A stretch of DNA of 63,765 nt, the filler included, from Rhabdomonas costata (lineage: Eukaryota): the NCBI GenBank assembly GCA_019059605.1. It is 53 parts of 53 records of this genome, joined end to end, with 100 filler letters (N's around TTAATTAATTAA, not from the genome) between each part and the next. Parts side by side here need not be neighbours in the genome. Positions count along the whole stretch, not along the records: positions 48,206 to 49,310 come from JAHMHO010028363.1; positions 49,411 to 50,514 come from JAHMHO010028364.1; positions 50,615 to 51,718 come from JAHMHO010028365.1; positions 51,819 to 52,928 come from JAHMHO010028366.1; positions 53,029 to 54,133 come from JAHMHO010028367.1; positions 54,234 to 55,337 come from JAHMHO010028368.1; positions 55,438 to 56,541 come from JAHMHO010028369.1; positions 56,642 to 57,746 come from JAHMHO010028370.1; 45 more parts are not named here. The stretch is one strand, 5' to 3'. The position numbers were made by a program, and so were the translations under genes. Below, piece by piece: positions 48,206 to 61,630 of the stretch. Each line of letters starts with the position of its first letter. The stretch's first letter is position 1. The notes under the pieces were generated by a model, which had not been told where the DNA came from, made no database searches, and saw only the letters and a program-made list of their open reading frames with translations.

Positions 48206-48308
48206 GGGGGGGTTGAGATCAAGTTTAGAGTTAGGGTTAACAATAAGGGCAAGGTTGGTTTGGCTTTTCGGTTAATGTTGGGGTTACGGTCGGGTACGTT
48301 AGGGGTTG
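48206..48308 (+). repeat. Degenerate telomere-like (TTAGGG) tract
   Basis: TTAGAGTTAGGGTTA...TTGGGGTTACGG...TTAGGGGTT; shorter TTAGGG/CCCTAA pieces also occur near 5250, 33325 and 37145. Confidence 0.45.
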
Positions 48309-48658
48309 ATCCCAATTATGCCTAGACACCTGATGCCGCGGGACGAGAGGGCTTTATGCACTCAAATATTGTGAATGGGGTTGGTCCCATTGGCAGCCTG
48401 GGAAACTCACAACCCGGCGGCCGCCCATTTCCGTACGAGCGCCTTAACCTTTTCGATCCCGCCCGGCCGCACCCCGGACCTGGAGCAACGCGTGGTGCGT
48501 CTAAATCCAACCCGTACAAGCTGCAGTCCAGTTTCGCTTTCGTGCTTGGCCTTTTGGCGTTGCTTCCTCCTCGACCTCCTTCTCGACCTCGGTTGGTGAT
48601 CTGTGGAAAAATGAATGAATGCCCAAAAATCGGTGGTGGTTTCTGCACATCGCAAAAG

Positions 48659-48836
48659 GCTTTTGGGACGGTAGTAATGGTCTCGGAAAGCACCCTGGCG
48701 GGCGCCGCGGGGGGGTTCGACTTTCGGAGGCTGGGCCGGGTGATTGTCCCTGGCAAGGCCGAGGTGGTTACTGTGCACGAGCTGCTGTTTGAGCATAAGG
48801 ACCCACATCCAGGCTCAGGGATGGAGAAGTGCACAG
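48659..48836 (+). CDS. Class III nucleotidyl cyclase, C-terminal half of the catalytic domain (one exon)
   Basis: AFGTVVMVSESTL.....FDFRRLGRVIVPGKAEVVTVHELL fits FGT.I.ISE.T...F..R.LG.V.V(K/P)GK...V.VYEL; AAG| and CAG|GT boundaries. Confidence 0.85.
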
Positions 48837-50170
48837 GTGCGTGCGTTGGGTTCTGCAGAGACCATTGTTAGCCCTGTTTTCATCTCTGTCCCATCTCCGT
48901 TGACCCAAAGGTGAGTTTCTGCAGCGTCCAGGCTCCTTGAGATTCCCGCACAGTGCTCAATGAAAGCTTGCCCCGTGTCATGTCAAGAAAAACTGGAAGT
49001 TACCTGTACATCGTGAAAGACAACATCCTGGAAACATCCCAATGAGCGCTGTATGGTGGAGCAAGTCAACGGGTGCGGTTAGGGATCGTCAAGAGATCTT
49101 GAATCAGGTCTCCGAAGAGAATGAACGTCCGATGACCGATTGATAGCGGACCCTCCCTAATTTCATACGAACGTTGTGCTTCATCCCAAAGCGATCATGG
49201 GCCGGATAGCAGGTGACCGATTTCCAACTATAGCAGGCAACACCGTAAATCGAGAGTTTACAACCTTTGTGTATTCACCAAGACACAGCATATGCTACCC
49301 AAGCCAAACANNNNNNNNNNNNNNNNNNNNNNNNNNNNNNNNNNNNNNNNNNNNTTAATTAATTAANNNNNNNNNNNNNNNNNNNNNNNNNNNNNNNNNN
49401 NNNNNNNNNNTGCTCGGCGCTTGATAGAACCGGTGAAAGCGAATTGGGAGGGGGTGAGGCACTGGTGCCGCCTGCTGAGGTCAGCACGCTCAAGTCAGCA
49501 CAGCTGCCAGCTTGCTGCCGCTTAGCGTATCTGCGGGCGCTGCGAGCATCAAGGGGTCGCAGAAGTTTCAGTACGGGAGGAGCGCGCTGGGCGCCCTTCA
49601 CCATTATGAAAAGCAGACCACGAACAAAAGTGCCCGAAAAAATGATTACACTCAGTAAAAGTATCTAGTGCTAGTCCCAAACGGGCACAAGCTATCTTTT
49701 TAGAGTGGTGGTTACTCTCGAGTTTCCACTCAAACGCGCACAAGCGAAAACAAGAGAGCAAAAGGGGACGTCGTGTGGCACCTTTTTTCCGCAGTTCTCC
49801 CCCTTACCCGCCTCTTGCACCCTTCTCTGGCCGATTATACACCTTCTCCCACGCTCCCTCCCATTCGTTGATCGCCAAATCCCCCTCTCCATGTGCCATA
49901 TCTCCTCGGAAGGCAATGGTCCATTCCGTGTTATCAAAGACACTCGTCCACCCGGGAATACCCCCTCTATTTCTTTGCTCTGTGTTCGATGTTTGCTGCT
50001 GTTTGCTGCAAGAACGATAATGGGACAAGAGATACTTTTCACTAGATAGTTTTTTCTTGTGCTTGGAGATATATAATGGCAGCAGCAGCGGCGGCAGTAC
50101 CACCGCAGTTCCCGCATTACCGGCGGGTGGAATGGTGCTGTTGCGGGTGTCCGGGACGCATTGTGGCAAG

Positions 50171-50224
50171 GTGCCGCGAGCTGTGGGGCTCTATTCACAA
50201 GGCTGCGTTTTTGGAGAGCTCGCG
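50171..50224 (+). CDS. Short exon with a cyclic-nucleotide-binding phosphate-binding-cassette motif
   Basis: VPRAVGLYSQGCVFGELA|GT fits V..Y..G..FGELA. Confidence 0.5.
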
Positions 50225-50912
50225 GTACTGCCACGTGGACGTTCCTTCCTCATGTGAGGACCCGCTGTACTCTCGTCGCAAGAGGTAGTCTTTCCTGGCA
50301 GCAGAGCAGGCGCACGCGGAAATGGAGGACATGATGCAGGAAAGGGAGGGAAAGAACGAAGAACGAAGATAAAATATAGACAAAGGGATTGGAGAAAAAG
50401 CGAATGATGCTCCGGGATGGGGTTTAGGACACCCAGGACAAAAACATTATCAGACGTAATGATTGCATTCTGCTGTGATTCCACCAAAATTTCGGGATGA
50501 TCCTCCCAAACACCNNNNNNNNNNNNNNNNNNNNNNNNNNNNNNNNNNNNNNNNNNNNTTAATTAATTAANNNNNNNNNNNNNNNNNNNNNNNNNNNNNN
50601 NNNNNNNNNNNNNNTTCGAAATCCTCCAGAACTCTCTCGTCAACCTACCCTCTCTCGGCATGTAACCGCAACCCGACTGAACACTCTTCACATCCATTGC
50701 ACGCATCCCCCCCACAACCCGACACAGACGAAGGCACTGGGAAGAGGGCACCAAGAAGAGGGAAGTGCGCAAACGGCCGACCGATCAGTGGTGGGCTGTA
50801 CTGGACATGACCCTCCTCTCGGGGTTGCCCCTGCCTGTGTGTGTTCGTGCGTGAATGTGAGTGTGGGCGTTTGTGCGGGGGTCCCCGCTTCCCGTTTCTT
50901 TCAGTCTGCCGC

Positions 50913-51556
50913 CTATTTCTCGAAGTGGGCCTTGACTCCGTCGCGGAGCTGCTCGCAGACCTTCTTGGCATCCCCGAAGAGCATGTAGTTGTTGTCCTTG
51001 AAGAACAGTGGGTTCTGCACTCCGGCGTACCCTGTGGCCATCGAGCGCTTCATCACGACGCATGTCTTGGCCTTCCACACGTGCAGCACGGGCATCCCCG
51101 CCAGAGCGCTGTTGGGGTCCTCCAGGGCCGCGGGGTTGACGACATCGTTGGCGCCAATCACCAGGCTGAGGTCGGTGTTGGGGAAGTCCTCGTTCAGCTC
51201 GTCCATCTCAAACACCACGTCGTACGGCACTCCGGCCTCGGCCAGAAGCACGTTCAGCTGCCCAGGCATACGCCCTGCACGCCACGGCAGACGTTGGATA
51301 CAGAAGGAGAGAGAAATTCCAGGAAGGATGGCGTATCTGTTCCTGGTGGAGGTGAGGAGATCGAAGGTTGGGGCACGTACAGCACACCGGCGACGGGGTG
51401 GATGCCAAAGCGCAGACGGACTCCATTCTTGTTGAGGATCTTGGAGATCTCCGCGGTGGCGTACTGGGCCTGGCCCTGGCACAGCCCAAAGCCGGGCACG
51501 ATGATGACCTCCTTGGCCTCGCACATCCAGCCCACAACCTCAGCAACCGAGGCTTC
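50913..51556 (-). CDS. NNT: NAD(P) transhydrogenase, C-terminal NADP-binding domain III; last two exons (51556-51388, 51274-50913)
   Basis: [14 protein letters not shown]...[27 protein letters not shown]...[18 protein letters not shown]...GMPVL.VW...[16 protein letters not shown]...MLFGDAK; 113-nt GT-AG intron. Confidence 0.97.
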
Positions 51557-52870
51557 CTAAAACGAGAGTTGGGATGGCTGGGTGCTGTCTCTTGCTCTCA
51601 ATTCTGAAAACCTGAGTGCCAAAATGTCCAGCAAAACAAGTTGTGCTTGCAGGCGCTTGCAATTGAAATCTATAAGAAGGGGCTCCTTCACAAGCGACAA
51701 GAAACCAACCCCCCCACANNNNNNNNNNNNNNNNNNNNNNNNNNNNNNNNNNNNNNNNNNNNTTAATTAATTAANNNNNNNNNNNNNNNNNNNNNNNNNN
51801 NNNNNNNNNNNNNNNNNNGTAAAAATACATGGTTCGGAAATCGGGGGCATGTTCGAAGAAGCACGCGCATCCATCGCTGCGGACCACCTCGTGTGCTCCA
51901 GTCAAACAAACGTACATTGCTGCTCACTCGACGTCCAAGTGGAGGCAGTCTGATTTTGCCCCAGGAAGCTTCGAGAGCCCCCAAGTCTGTGTCAGAAACA
52001 ACCAAATTAGGGGGGAAAGGCGAAACTGATCAGCAAAGGCCAGTTACGGTTCCATTGCCCCGACCTCTGGGGCACTCTCCATCGGCATCATCAGGCCATG
52101 CATCCAAAATCTGGGGTTCTCACGATGATGCCAGAAAAAAAACAAAAATCGGGGATAAGGATCCACGGGCACCTTTCTTCCATCGCCCCGTTCTGGAGAC
52201 TTTTTTCTTCGCTTCCAATTTCCATGGAACGTCAAGGGCCAGATGGCCAATTCGGTCCCAGAAAAGTTGCTCCCAGCAAATGGCAATGAGCCCCGCTGGA
52301 ATAGCACGGAAAAAAGGTCACAACCCAAGCAATCGCAAGAAACAGCACGGACCATCTTCTCAACCAAACGTATGCGCTGAAGAGTCTATTGCGGCAAAAC
52401 AAAAAAGGGAGGGGGAGGGGGCACGTAGGGCGAACAAAAAGTTATCACCAGCACCGTATCACAGTATACCGTGAGAGCGAGGGGTAACATTGGACACTCC
52501 TCGAAAGTATCTCCTGCCGCTGCTCGCGTGCTGCAAGTGGCCAAAGCTGTGCGGTCTACAAGCAGCAGTTACCATGTGTTATGTGGGATGCGAGACACGG
52601 GTTGGAGGAAGAGGGAGGGGGATCAGGCAAGAAAAAGCACAGAGAGAGAGGGGCTTTTCGGGGTTTGGTTGGGGAGCGGAACAGATTTTCGTTCAACCCA
52701 GAACTGCAGCAACATGGGAACATGGGAGCAAAAAAATCAGCGTGAAAAGAAGTGCACTGGAAGAGCCATCCCCCCTGCCACCCTATGCAACTGCTCACCC
52801 AAGTCAAACGTAAGCACACACTGTGTGCACATACCACATACTTGAAAAAAGGCAAGAGGCGAGAAAAGCG

Positions 52871-52871
<1 letters not shown>

Positions 52872-52926
<55 letters not shown>
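52872..52926 (+). repeat. (CA)n microsatellite at a contig end
   Basis: Read directly from the sequence. Confidence 0.95.
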
Positions 52927-52927
<1 letters not shown>

Positions 52928-53499
52928 ANNNNNNNNNNNNNNNNNNNNNNNNNNNNNNNNNNNNNNNNNNNNTTAATTAATTAANNNNNNNNNNNNNNNN
53001 NNNNNNNNNNNNNNNNNNNNNNNNNNNNGGTGGTGAAAACGACAACGGTAAGGGTGGCTACGGTTACAGACATCCTGCAAGTAGTTTTGAAAAGACGGGA
53101 AAAGGGTTTCCTTTGAAAAGAAAAGTTGTCTGAAAAGAAGCGGCTGACTGAACGAAGGCAGAAAAGAGAGATATTGACAGTCGCTTTTGTAGTAAATTTG
53201 CATTGCATGCAACTCAATCATTTCAGCATGCCTCCCTCATTCCATTCAACGTACTGAATCTTAATCAAACAACTCTCCGTGCCACACTGCTGCAAGATTC
53301 CACATTTTGTAAGTGTCAAAGAGACGTTTGAAGTTAAAAATTCAAAAAAGGACACAATTCAGGGACTTTTTCAAAATCATACCCTCAGTTGAGACCTTCT
53401 CTGGGGAAATCCTGCTTCCCAAATGGCCCCGTTTTTTCTCCCAAACGATGGCAAATATGCCTGAGAATCAATGTGCAATGCAAAAAGGTTTAAAAATAT

Positions 53500-53748
53500 G
53501 TTTTGAAAAATAAAACACGTTTGAAAAAGGACAATGCAAAATTAAAGGACAAAATACAAAAAAGGACAAAAATCAAAAACGGAAAATTAAAAGGAACCAA
53601 ATGTAAAGGACAAAATTCAAAATCCAGGGTCGAAAAATGCATAAATTTCGAAAACATGCGAGAAATTAGGATAAATAACCAAAATAAACGCAAAATTCGA
53701 AAAAGTACATAATTCGAAAAAGGACAAAATTCAAAAAAGGACAAAGGT
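53500..53748 (+). repeat. A-rich degenerate minisatellite with an AAAGGACAAAA motif
   Basis: About 7 AAAGGAC(A) motifs among A-tracts, plus another copy near 53345. Confidence 0.75.
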
Positions 53749-53959
53749 TGAGAGGGAGGGGGGAGGGAGGAAAAGAGGGAACTCGATTTTGAACTATCCA
53801 CACGTGCCTGCCGGTGGCTGACCTCACAAAGCATCTGTGCCGCGTCGGCAGTATCATGAACCCTTCTGGGGACAGGTCCTAAGTCTGTTCCAGTTGCCCG
53901 TCGCAGGGCGGCGCAGGGCAGCAGCGAGTGGAGGTTGAAAGAGGGGGGATGGCAAGCAC

Positions 53960-54133
53960 CTGGTCGTCTACATCCAGTACAGGACCGAGGTCCCCTTCGC
54001 CATCGTTTCTGTCATTCTCGTCGCCGGAGTCCCCCTGCAGTTGGGTCAGCACGGCTTGGGGGATGTATTTCTTGACCTGCTTCAGGCTATGCAGGATCCG
54101 GATGCACGACTGCTGCGTCGTCGTCGGGCGCTG
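53960..54133 (-). CDS. Exon resembling the helical linker preceding protist class III cyclase domains
   Basis: Manual translation: QQSCIRILHSLKQVKKYIPQAVLTQLQGDSGDENDRNDGEGD...Q|GT, with an L...K.Y(I/V)P..V motif followed by an acidic spacer. Confidence 0.5.
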
Positions 54134-55593
54134 NNNNNNNNNNNNNNNNNNNNNNNNNNNNNNNNNNNNNNNNNNNNTTAATTAATTAANNNNNNNNNNN
54201 NNNNNNNNNNNNNNNNNNNNNNNNNNNNNNNNNGGGTGTGTTGAGCGCGTAGAGCGCTGGCTAAGGTGGAGCTGATGTCTTGGTCTTCTGGTGATCTCCG
54301 ATCTTCTGAGGCTCAAATGTGCGTGCATGTCACCTTCTCTGAGGCAGGACGCTGAAGCGTGTGTGTATTTGTGTGAGCGCACGAGCGCATCCGTGTATGA
54401 CTTTGTGACGTGAGGTCATGAGCTGCCTTTATTCTTCACAGAGTAGCACGAATAAGAGTTGAAATACGGGCTTGCTGAAGAAGCTGGGTGTCTCCTGCTG
54501 TGCGTTCCTCTCTCTCCTCTCCTCTTACCGCCCGAGCATATTGGGGAAAGGTGCAAACAACTCAAAAAGTGACTGCCTGCTTGCTACTCTACTGACGGCA
54601 CATACTCAATAAGGAAAAAGGGAAGAATGTACGTGATGAACATAATGAATTTGGTAATCTTGACTTCTCCAAACCAACTGGTTGCTAAATTTTTAATAGT
54701 TTTAGGAGGCATGAGGTACGATAATACCTATCCTCACACCCGAACTTCCGGACACTGACCACTATCACACGCAGTGCCCAATGCAAATACCAAGTTGCAT
54801 GGCGCTTTATTCCAACCCAAATCCTTTCACCCCACATTTTCAGCTATTTTTCGCAACTGCAACTGGGACATCCCTTTCCCCCCCTCGCTATCGCCACGCA
54901 TTGTGCCGGAAAATGCGGCATCACTGTCACTGGAGGATATAAAAAGATGCCAACCTTCGCCCAGAGTATAGTAAAACAAAAACCCTGAGGCACAGCATTG
55001 GGAGGCGGAGGCTGATTCGGGTATGGCTGTGCGCCCTGCGACCGACCGTGAGCCGCGGGAGAGGACGCGGACGAAGGCCCACTCTGTGAAATGACAGGAG
55101 CAAAAACACACACAGAAGAGCTGTCAGAGACAAAACATAGAACCCCATAATGCAAAGTTTTCAACACAGGAGAGATCAAATTCATCAAATGGGGAACGCA
55201 ACCACATCCTGCATTCAGAGCACATTGTGGGTTGTTACCTTCGAAAGCAGTATCATCATTTTCAATTATGCATTTTTTTACGAGCGCGCAATTCTCAACC
55301 GAATAATATCACAAATATTTGGAGATGCACCACACAANNNNNNNNNNNNNNNNNNNNNNNNNNNNNNNNNNNNNNNNNNNNTTAATTAATTAANNNNNNN
55401 NNNNNNNNNNNNNNNNNNNNNNNNNNNNNNNNNNNNNGGGGGGGGGTTCAAGATGTAATACACACGCGCAGGGATGTGGCCGGAGGCTGAGAAGCTTCCG
55501 GAAAACTCAGCTCAGGAGTGCTACCAGCCTCACCAAGTTTGGGCCCCAGCCCCGGCAATTTCACTTTTGAAATTTGGCTCTACTTTTGATTTA

Positions 55594-56380
<787 letters not shown>

Positions 56381-58421
56381 CTGAGCACACAAAACCGCAG
56401 CCGTGGGAATATGAAAAAAGCCTACTGCTTCCGCTCGTATCCTGAGATAAATAATGGCTAAAAATGACTGCGTGTCCGGGGGTACCCAACGAAGTGGTGG
56501 CTTCGTGCCTTTAGATGCAAACAGTTGTGGCACCAACCCACNNNNNNNNNNNNNNNNNNNNNNNNNNNNNNNNNNNNNNNNNNNNTTAATTAATTAANNN
56601 NNNNNNNNNNNNNNNNNNNNNNNNNNNNNNNNNNNNNNNNNGGTGTCCCAGCCGTACGTGCCCTCCTCTTCCGCCAAGACAGCCCTGAGTGGGGATAGGT
56701 AGGTCAACATGTCTGGAACTGGGGGAATAAGCAGGGAAGCAGCGAAGTCAGGCCAACCTCGATGGGGGTCTGGTTTACAGAAAGTTCAGGGATAGAGGAC
56801 TTCGTTAGGGTTTGGGGGAGAGCTGGAGGTTTACTTCGGTTTGGATATGAGCCTAAGACCGGGACAGCTTCGAAAGGAGAGGGGCAGGTGTGCACAACGA
56901 ACATGCTCAAGCCTAAGTCCAAAAGTCCAGGTCCAAACTGCTGCAGCGCTGAGCGCAAAAGCAGCACAGGGGTGAGCCTGACCACCGCAAAGCCATGGGG
57001 ATGGGAGAAAAAGTGAGCGTCTGCTAAACAAGGAGAACCTGTAAACCAGGGGAGCTCAATACAAAATGACATAACCAACGGAAACCAGTCGAAAGAGCAG
57101 GCACGACCAAAGCCAAGCAGAAAAAGAAGAGGCACTACAACAAAGGAAAAAAGAATAAGACGTTTTCTGCTCAAGCCAAAAAAAATCTACAGCGACAGGG
57201 CATACATGCTGTTATATACAGGAAGGGCTGACAGTCCAAGCCAGGATAAAGGAAAAAAATCCCCACCCCACTATCGGGGATTTCAGAGGTTGAGCGAGCG
57301 AGCAGCAGACGGTGTAAGTGAGTGAAAGGGCGAGTGCATTGTGAGGGAGGGAGGGAGGCAGTTGTATTATTGTGTGTAGGGACCTCAGGTCAAGAATTCC
57401 TTGGGACGCCACCGCAGCGCTGGCCCCGCAGAGGAGCTCCCCATCAAGAGCGCAGACGAAGGCCTTGAAAGGGGACAGCGCCACGGCGGAGGGGCCTCCA
57501 GAGGCATCCCATGTCGGGAAGACGAAGCAGCTGGGGGCATACCTGCGGTGGGTGGCAAGGGCAAGGTGATGGTGGGCTGCTGTTCGGCAACTAAGTGGGT
57601 GGTCACGGCGGGAGACACACACACACACACAGCATTGCAAGTTATCCATTCCAACCAGTTCCACAGATAATCGGGAAACGTCTGTCGTCCCACGTATTGT
57701 CTTTCCAGAGGTGAGGTGACCACACAAACCCCAAACACACCAACACNNNNNNNNNNNNNNNNNNNNNNNNNNNNNNNNNNNNNNNNNNNNTTAATTAATT
57801 AANNNNNNNNNNNNNNNNNNNNNNNNNNNNNNNNNNNNNNNNNNNNGTGGGGGTGCACCGTCACCGCCTCCTCTGAGCTCAGCCCGGAGGTCACCAGCTT
57901 GCGGTACACGCCCTGCAGGGCACTGCCCAGAACTACAGGCACTTCTCTCGACAGCAACGGAGGAGAAGCTTCACTGAGGTCCACTGAGAAAAAGGTTGTC
58001 CCTGAAACTGAGATGGGCTTGGACCTAATTCATTTGCTGACCTGACGGTGGTGAACGCTTGCCGGGTTTTGCACATACCCGGCACTACAGCATGCACAGT
58101 TCGAACAAAATCTGGGAAGTGACTGGACCCCAGCAGCATCCCCACCTTTGAATCAAACAACAGCAAGCCAGCGCTGCAAAAGAACCTGTTTTTTTAACTG
58201 GTTCTTGGATTATAAGCTTTTTTCCTGGATGGTCTACCGGGATAAGTGCGGTCAGAAGTCACTGACGTTCGGTCACCCCTTGCAAACCAGGCTCGCTGAC
58301 CCGCTGCAGGACGCGTATGCCCAAGCACTTAACTCCGTGCTGACCCTCACGCTCCTGAACCACCCAACCACAGAACCGTCACCGCAGCCGCAATTCAACC
58401 CCTCTCATTTAATATCACGAG

Positions 58422-58587
58422 GGGGCAAGACGAGGAGCAAAAGGTTACGAAAAGAGCCGCCAAGGGGCACCACCACCGGCCGAGGGTGAAAGGCCAGGAT
58501 CTTTGACCCCAAGGACCAGCCACGCAGCGTTTCGGGAGGCCTGCTGTTCATACAAAAGACCGCAGGCCTGCTTCGACTTAGCCCTCT
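58422..58587. repeat. Dispersed ~160-bp repeat, copy 2 (copy 1 at 26555-26716)
   Basis: Aligns by eye with copy 1 over its whole length, with scattered substitutions and small indels. Confidence 0.92.
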
Positions 58588-58613
58588 ATATTCGCACTGA
58601 TACGTCATATGTC

Positions 58614-58931
58614 ATATCGCCTTGGACATTTTTATTTCACGAACCATGTACTTTTTCATGGCGGTGCCAAAGCACAAACACTTTTCCGCTTGATGGCGGC
58701 TTGAAGGATTAAAACTTTGAGCATTTTTCTGTAGTAAAGCCATCCACTGCGGTGTTTCTGAATCTGTGCGGATTTTGGACAGCCTATCATGCACATCGGT
58801 TTGCAGAATTGAGGCTTCATGTTATATGTTTCCAATGATGTTGTCTTATCAGCTCGCCTTTTATTGTTTGCTGCCATTATGTGTCTCACAAACGTTTATC
58901 AGTTCATGAAAATAAATGTCCATGGCGATAT
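58614..58931. mobile_element. Candidate MITE with ~30-bp imperfect terminal inverted repeats
   Basis: ATATCGCCTTGGACATTTTTATTTCACGAAC (58614-58644) versus GTTCATGAAAATAAATGTCCATGGCGATAT (58902-58931); TA on both sides and an AT-rich non-coding interior. Confidence 0.65.
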
Positions 58932-59916
58932 ATTGGTGTTCCCAAACCCCNNNNNNNNNNNNNNNNNNNNNNNNNNNNNNNNNNNNNNNNNNNNTTAATT
59001 AATTAANNNNNNNNNNNNNNNNNNNNNNNNNNNNNNNNNNNNNNNNNNNNGGTTGGGGTTTCAGTCATAGTTCTTTGGTAGGGTCATGTGAGTCAAAGTT
59101 GCATTTCCTCCACCTGCAATTTCTCAAGTGCTTTTCCCCAAAGGTGTGGCTCTGTTTGCCTCCACCCGTTCCGCCACGATGTGCCCCGAGCATTCTGCAG
59201 TTGTGCAGTCCGACCAGGCTGAATGCTGTTCGGATGTTCGGAAATTCAACAGCTCAACGTCCCACTGGTGCACGACTTTCAGGTTTCATGCAAAATGCTG
59301 AGTGGCAGTATCTCAGGCGTCCCTTCTCTCCCCTTCCAATCGCCACGTAAATATCGATGAAATGAGGGAATATACATGTGTACATGTGTACATGTGTTTG
59401 CATACATGGAGACTTCCAAGGGGTTTTGTCCATATTTCTTGGAAAGCTGCATCGCCCTCTGACTCCACAGCATCCCTGTGTGCCTCTCCTCCCTCCCTCC
59501 CAGGCACGACGTGTTTGTAAATTTGAGCCCTTTTGGTGACGTACGTCGTTGTAGACACGTTTATTTGGATGACTGCTCATTTTTGCGCATTCCTTGATGG
59601 GAGTATTTTTTTTGGGTGGGCGGACGATTTCGGATGCACTTTAATCCTTCCTTTTGGTTTTGTTTTCATGTTGGTTGCCGACACATTTCTGTGAGGGACG
59701 TCTGGTTATTCAAGTAACCTATTGCAATATGTCCATTGTTGTTTTGCTGACGAACCAAAAGTTCACGTGACACGTGGTCCGTCCTCTTTCACGTCGTTCG
59801 GTCCTTTTTCTCCCTCCTTCCCTCTCCTTTACAATGGTTCACTACCTCTCTTTCCTCGAATTTCCTCCAATGGTGTCTCGTTTTCAATTTTTCCTCCCGG
59901 CATATGCGCTCGTGAG

Positions 59917-60040
59917 GTGGGTGAGGGCGTCGTCCACCAACTCCCTGCAAAGGGTCTGAACATCTTCGAGGCCTCCCTGCTGGAGGCCAGCCCGGAGATC
60001 TCCACGGACGAGGACTACGAAGACATCCTCGGCACTATTG
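59917..60040 (+). CDS. Exon of an unknown protein
   Basis: VGEGVVHQLPAKGLNIFEASLLEASPEISTDEDYEDILGTI, high GC3, donor G|GTATGT. Confidence 0.5.
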
Positions 60041-60061
60041 GTATGTATATGGGTGTGTGGA

Positions 60062-60144
60062 TACTGGCTTTGGCCAGAATGCCCCGGAGGCTCGCGGTCC
60101 CTCGGGCGGGGTAGGGATACGGGGCATTCTGGCCAAAGCCAGTA
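60062..60144. repeat. Inverted repeat (25-bp perfect arms, 33-nt loop) running to a contig end
   Basis: TACTGGCTTTGGCCAGAATGCCCCG / CGGGGCATTCTGGCCAAAGCCAGTA. Confidence 0.95.
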
Positions 60145-61531
60145 CCCACAACCCNNNNNNNNNNNNNNNNNNNNNNNNNNNNNNNNNNNNNNNNNNNNTT
60201 AATTAATTAANNNNNNNNNNNNNNNNNNNNNNNNNNNNNNNNNNNNNNNNNNNNGTGGTGGTGAGAGTAGAAACTTGGGCAAGGACGGCAGAAGGAGCAG
60301 AGGGAGAAAGCACAACTGGTGGGAAAGGTTGGGGCTGAGGGGAGTGGCGGGAATGCAACAACGAAAAACTGCAGCCAGGAAACTGTTGCTCGAGGGAGAT
60401 CTTTATCTGATACAGGCGCACAAACTAGACACCAAGCGAAACTTCAGTTAGCAACACGAAAATGATATTGGGAGGGGCATCCATGTCTCACCTCACTGAG
60501 AAGAAGACAAGACTGAGAACCACCAAACCTCCGAAGCGAGAGCTGTGCCACCGCCACCGCGACTTTTCAGCGAGGGAGACACCACTGGCAAGGCCCTTTG
60601 CGTGCAAAGGTGCAGGCGGAGCTAAGGGTGGAGTGGCAAATGGCAATTGGCATGGCAACTGCCAGGCAAGAGACATGCCACTGGCAAATGCCAGTTCTCC
60701 CAGGACTAAGAATACTTGAGAATTACAAGCGTCGACTCAAGACAACGTTATATACCACCACCGTGGAACTGCTCCCAATTTGGAAATACGCTCTGTAGGG
60801 GCTCTATGGGTTGGCGGGTTGGAAATGGGGCTGTGTTGCAGGTGGCGCTGTCCGTGGAGTGCTTCCGGGTGTGGGCGGTGATGGAGCCCGCCCTGTGGCA
60901 GGCTGTGGTTCGGCTGACGAGGATGCTCATCAGCGTGCGACTGCTGGACTTTTCCTCTGGAAGCCGGTGTGCCACTGGAAAGGAGGGTTGAAAGGTATTC
61001 TGTGACAACTTTGCTGCTGTTGATGTATAACGGGAATTTCTTTTTACCGAAAAAAGTCTTGATAACCATGTTTTTTTTATTACTGCAGCGAAGTAACGAT
61101 TCCCGCCACTGAGATGCAATGTTTATGAGGTGTCTCGGGTGTTGTGATTTAGGACAAAGGATGACGAGTTCGGACAAAGAATATTGCGGTACACCTTTGA
61201 AAAAAAAAGCACAGAACAAGCTCCGCAGCCTCTTGCGAGCAATGCCGCAGCAAGGCCTCAGGACTCAGCTGCAGACCGTGGGATTTTCCTTCGGCAGTTC
61301 TTTCGACTTTTAACATTTTCTAAATTTTCATTTTTGAATTTTTGACGTGTTGCAGACNNNNNNNNNNNNNNNNNNNNNNNNNNNNNNNNNNNNNNNNNNN
61401 NTTAATTAATTAANNNNNNNNNNNNNNNNNNNNNNNNNNNNNNNNNNNNNNNNNNNNGCGTGGCGTGGGGTTGGCGGGGGGGGGGGCATATGGGCGTCTT
61501 TTGAGTTTTCCCCTCTTCCATAAGGGCTCAG

Positions 61532-61630
61532 GTGGAGGAGCTTTTGACTTACTTGGTGGGCACGAAGTATCCCAAGAGTTTGTACAGCGTGCTGAAAGAG
61601 CAGTGCCTTATCACCGATCTCAAGCTTGAT
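61532..61630 (+). CDS. Exon resembling the middle domain of insulinase/pitrilysin (M16A) peptidases
   Basis: VEELLTYLVGTKYPKSLYSVLKEQCLITDL resembles L.HL.G.E..GSL.S.LK..G....L; donor |GTATGC. Confidence 0.4.

Noticed and set aside
49835-49960. Minus-strand AFRGDMAHGEG as a MORN repeat
   Set aside because: The Y.G.W/F spacing is not kept, and a plus-strand cNMP-type exon lies on the same contig.
15291-52976. ORFs with HTHTHT, CVCVCV, TRTRTR, NTNTNT or poly-K runs
   Set aside because: These are translations of microsatellites.
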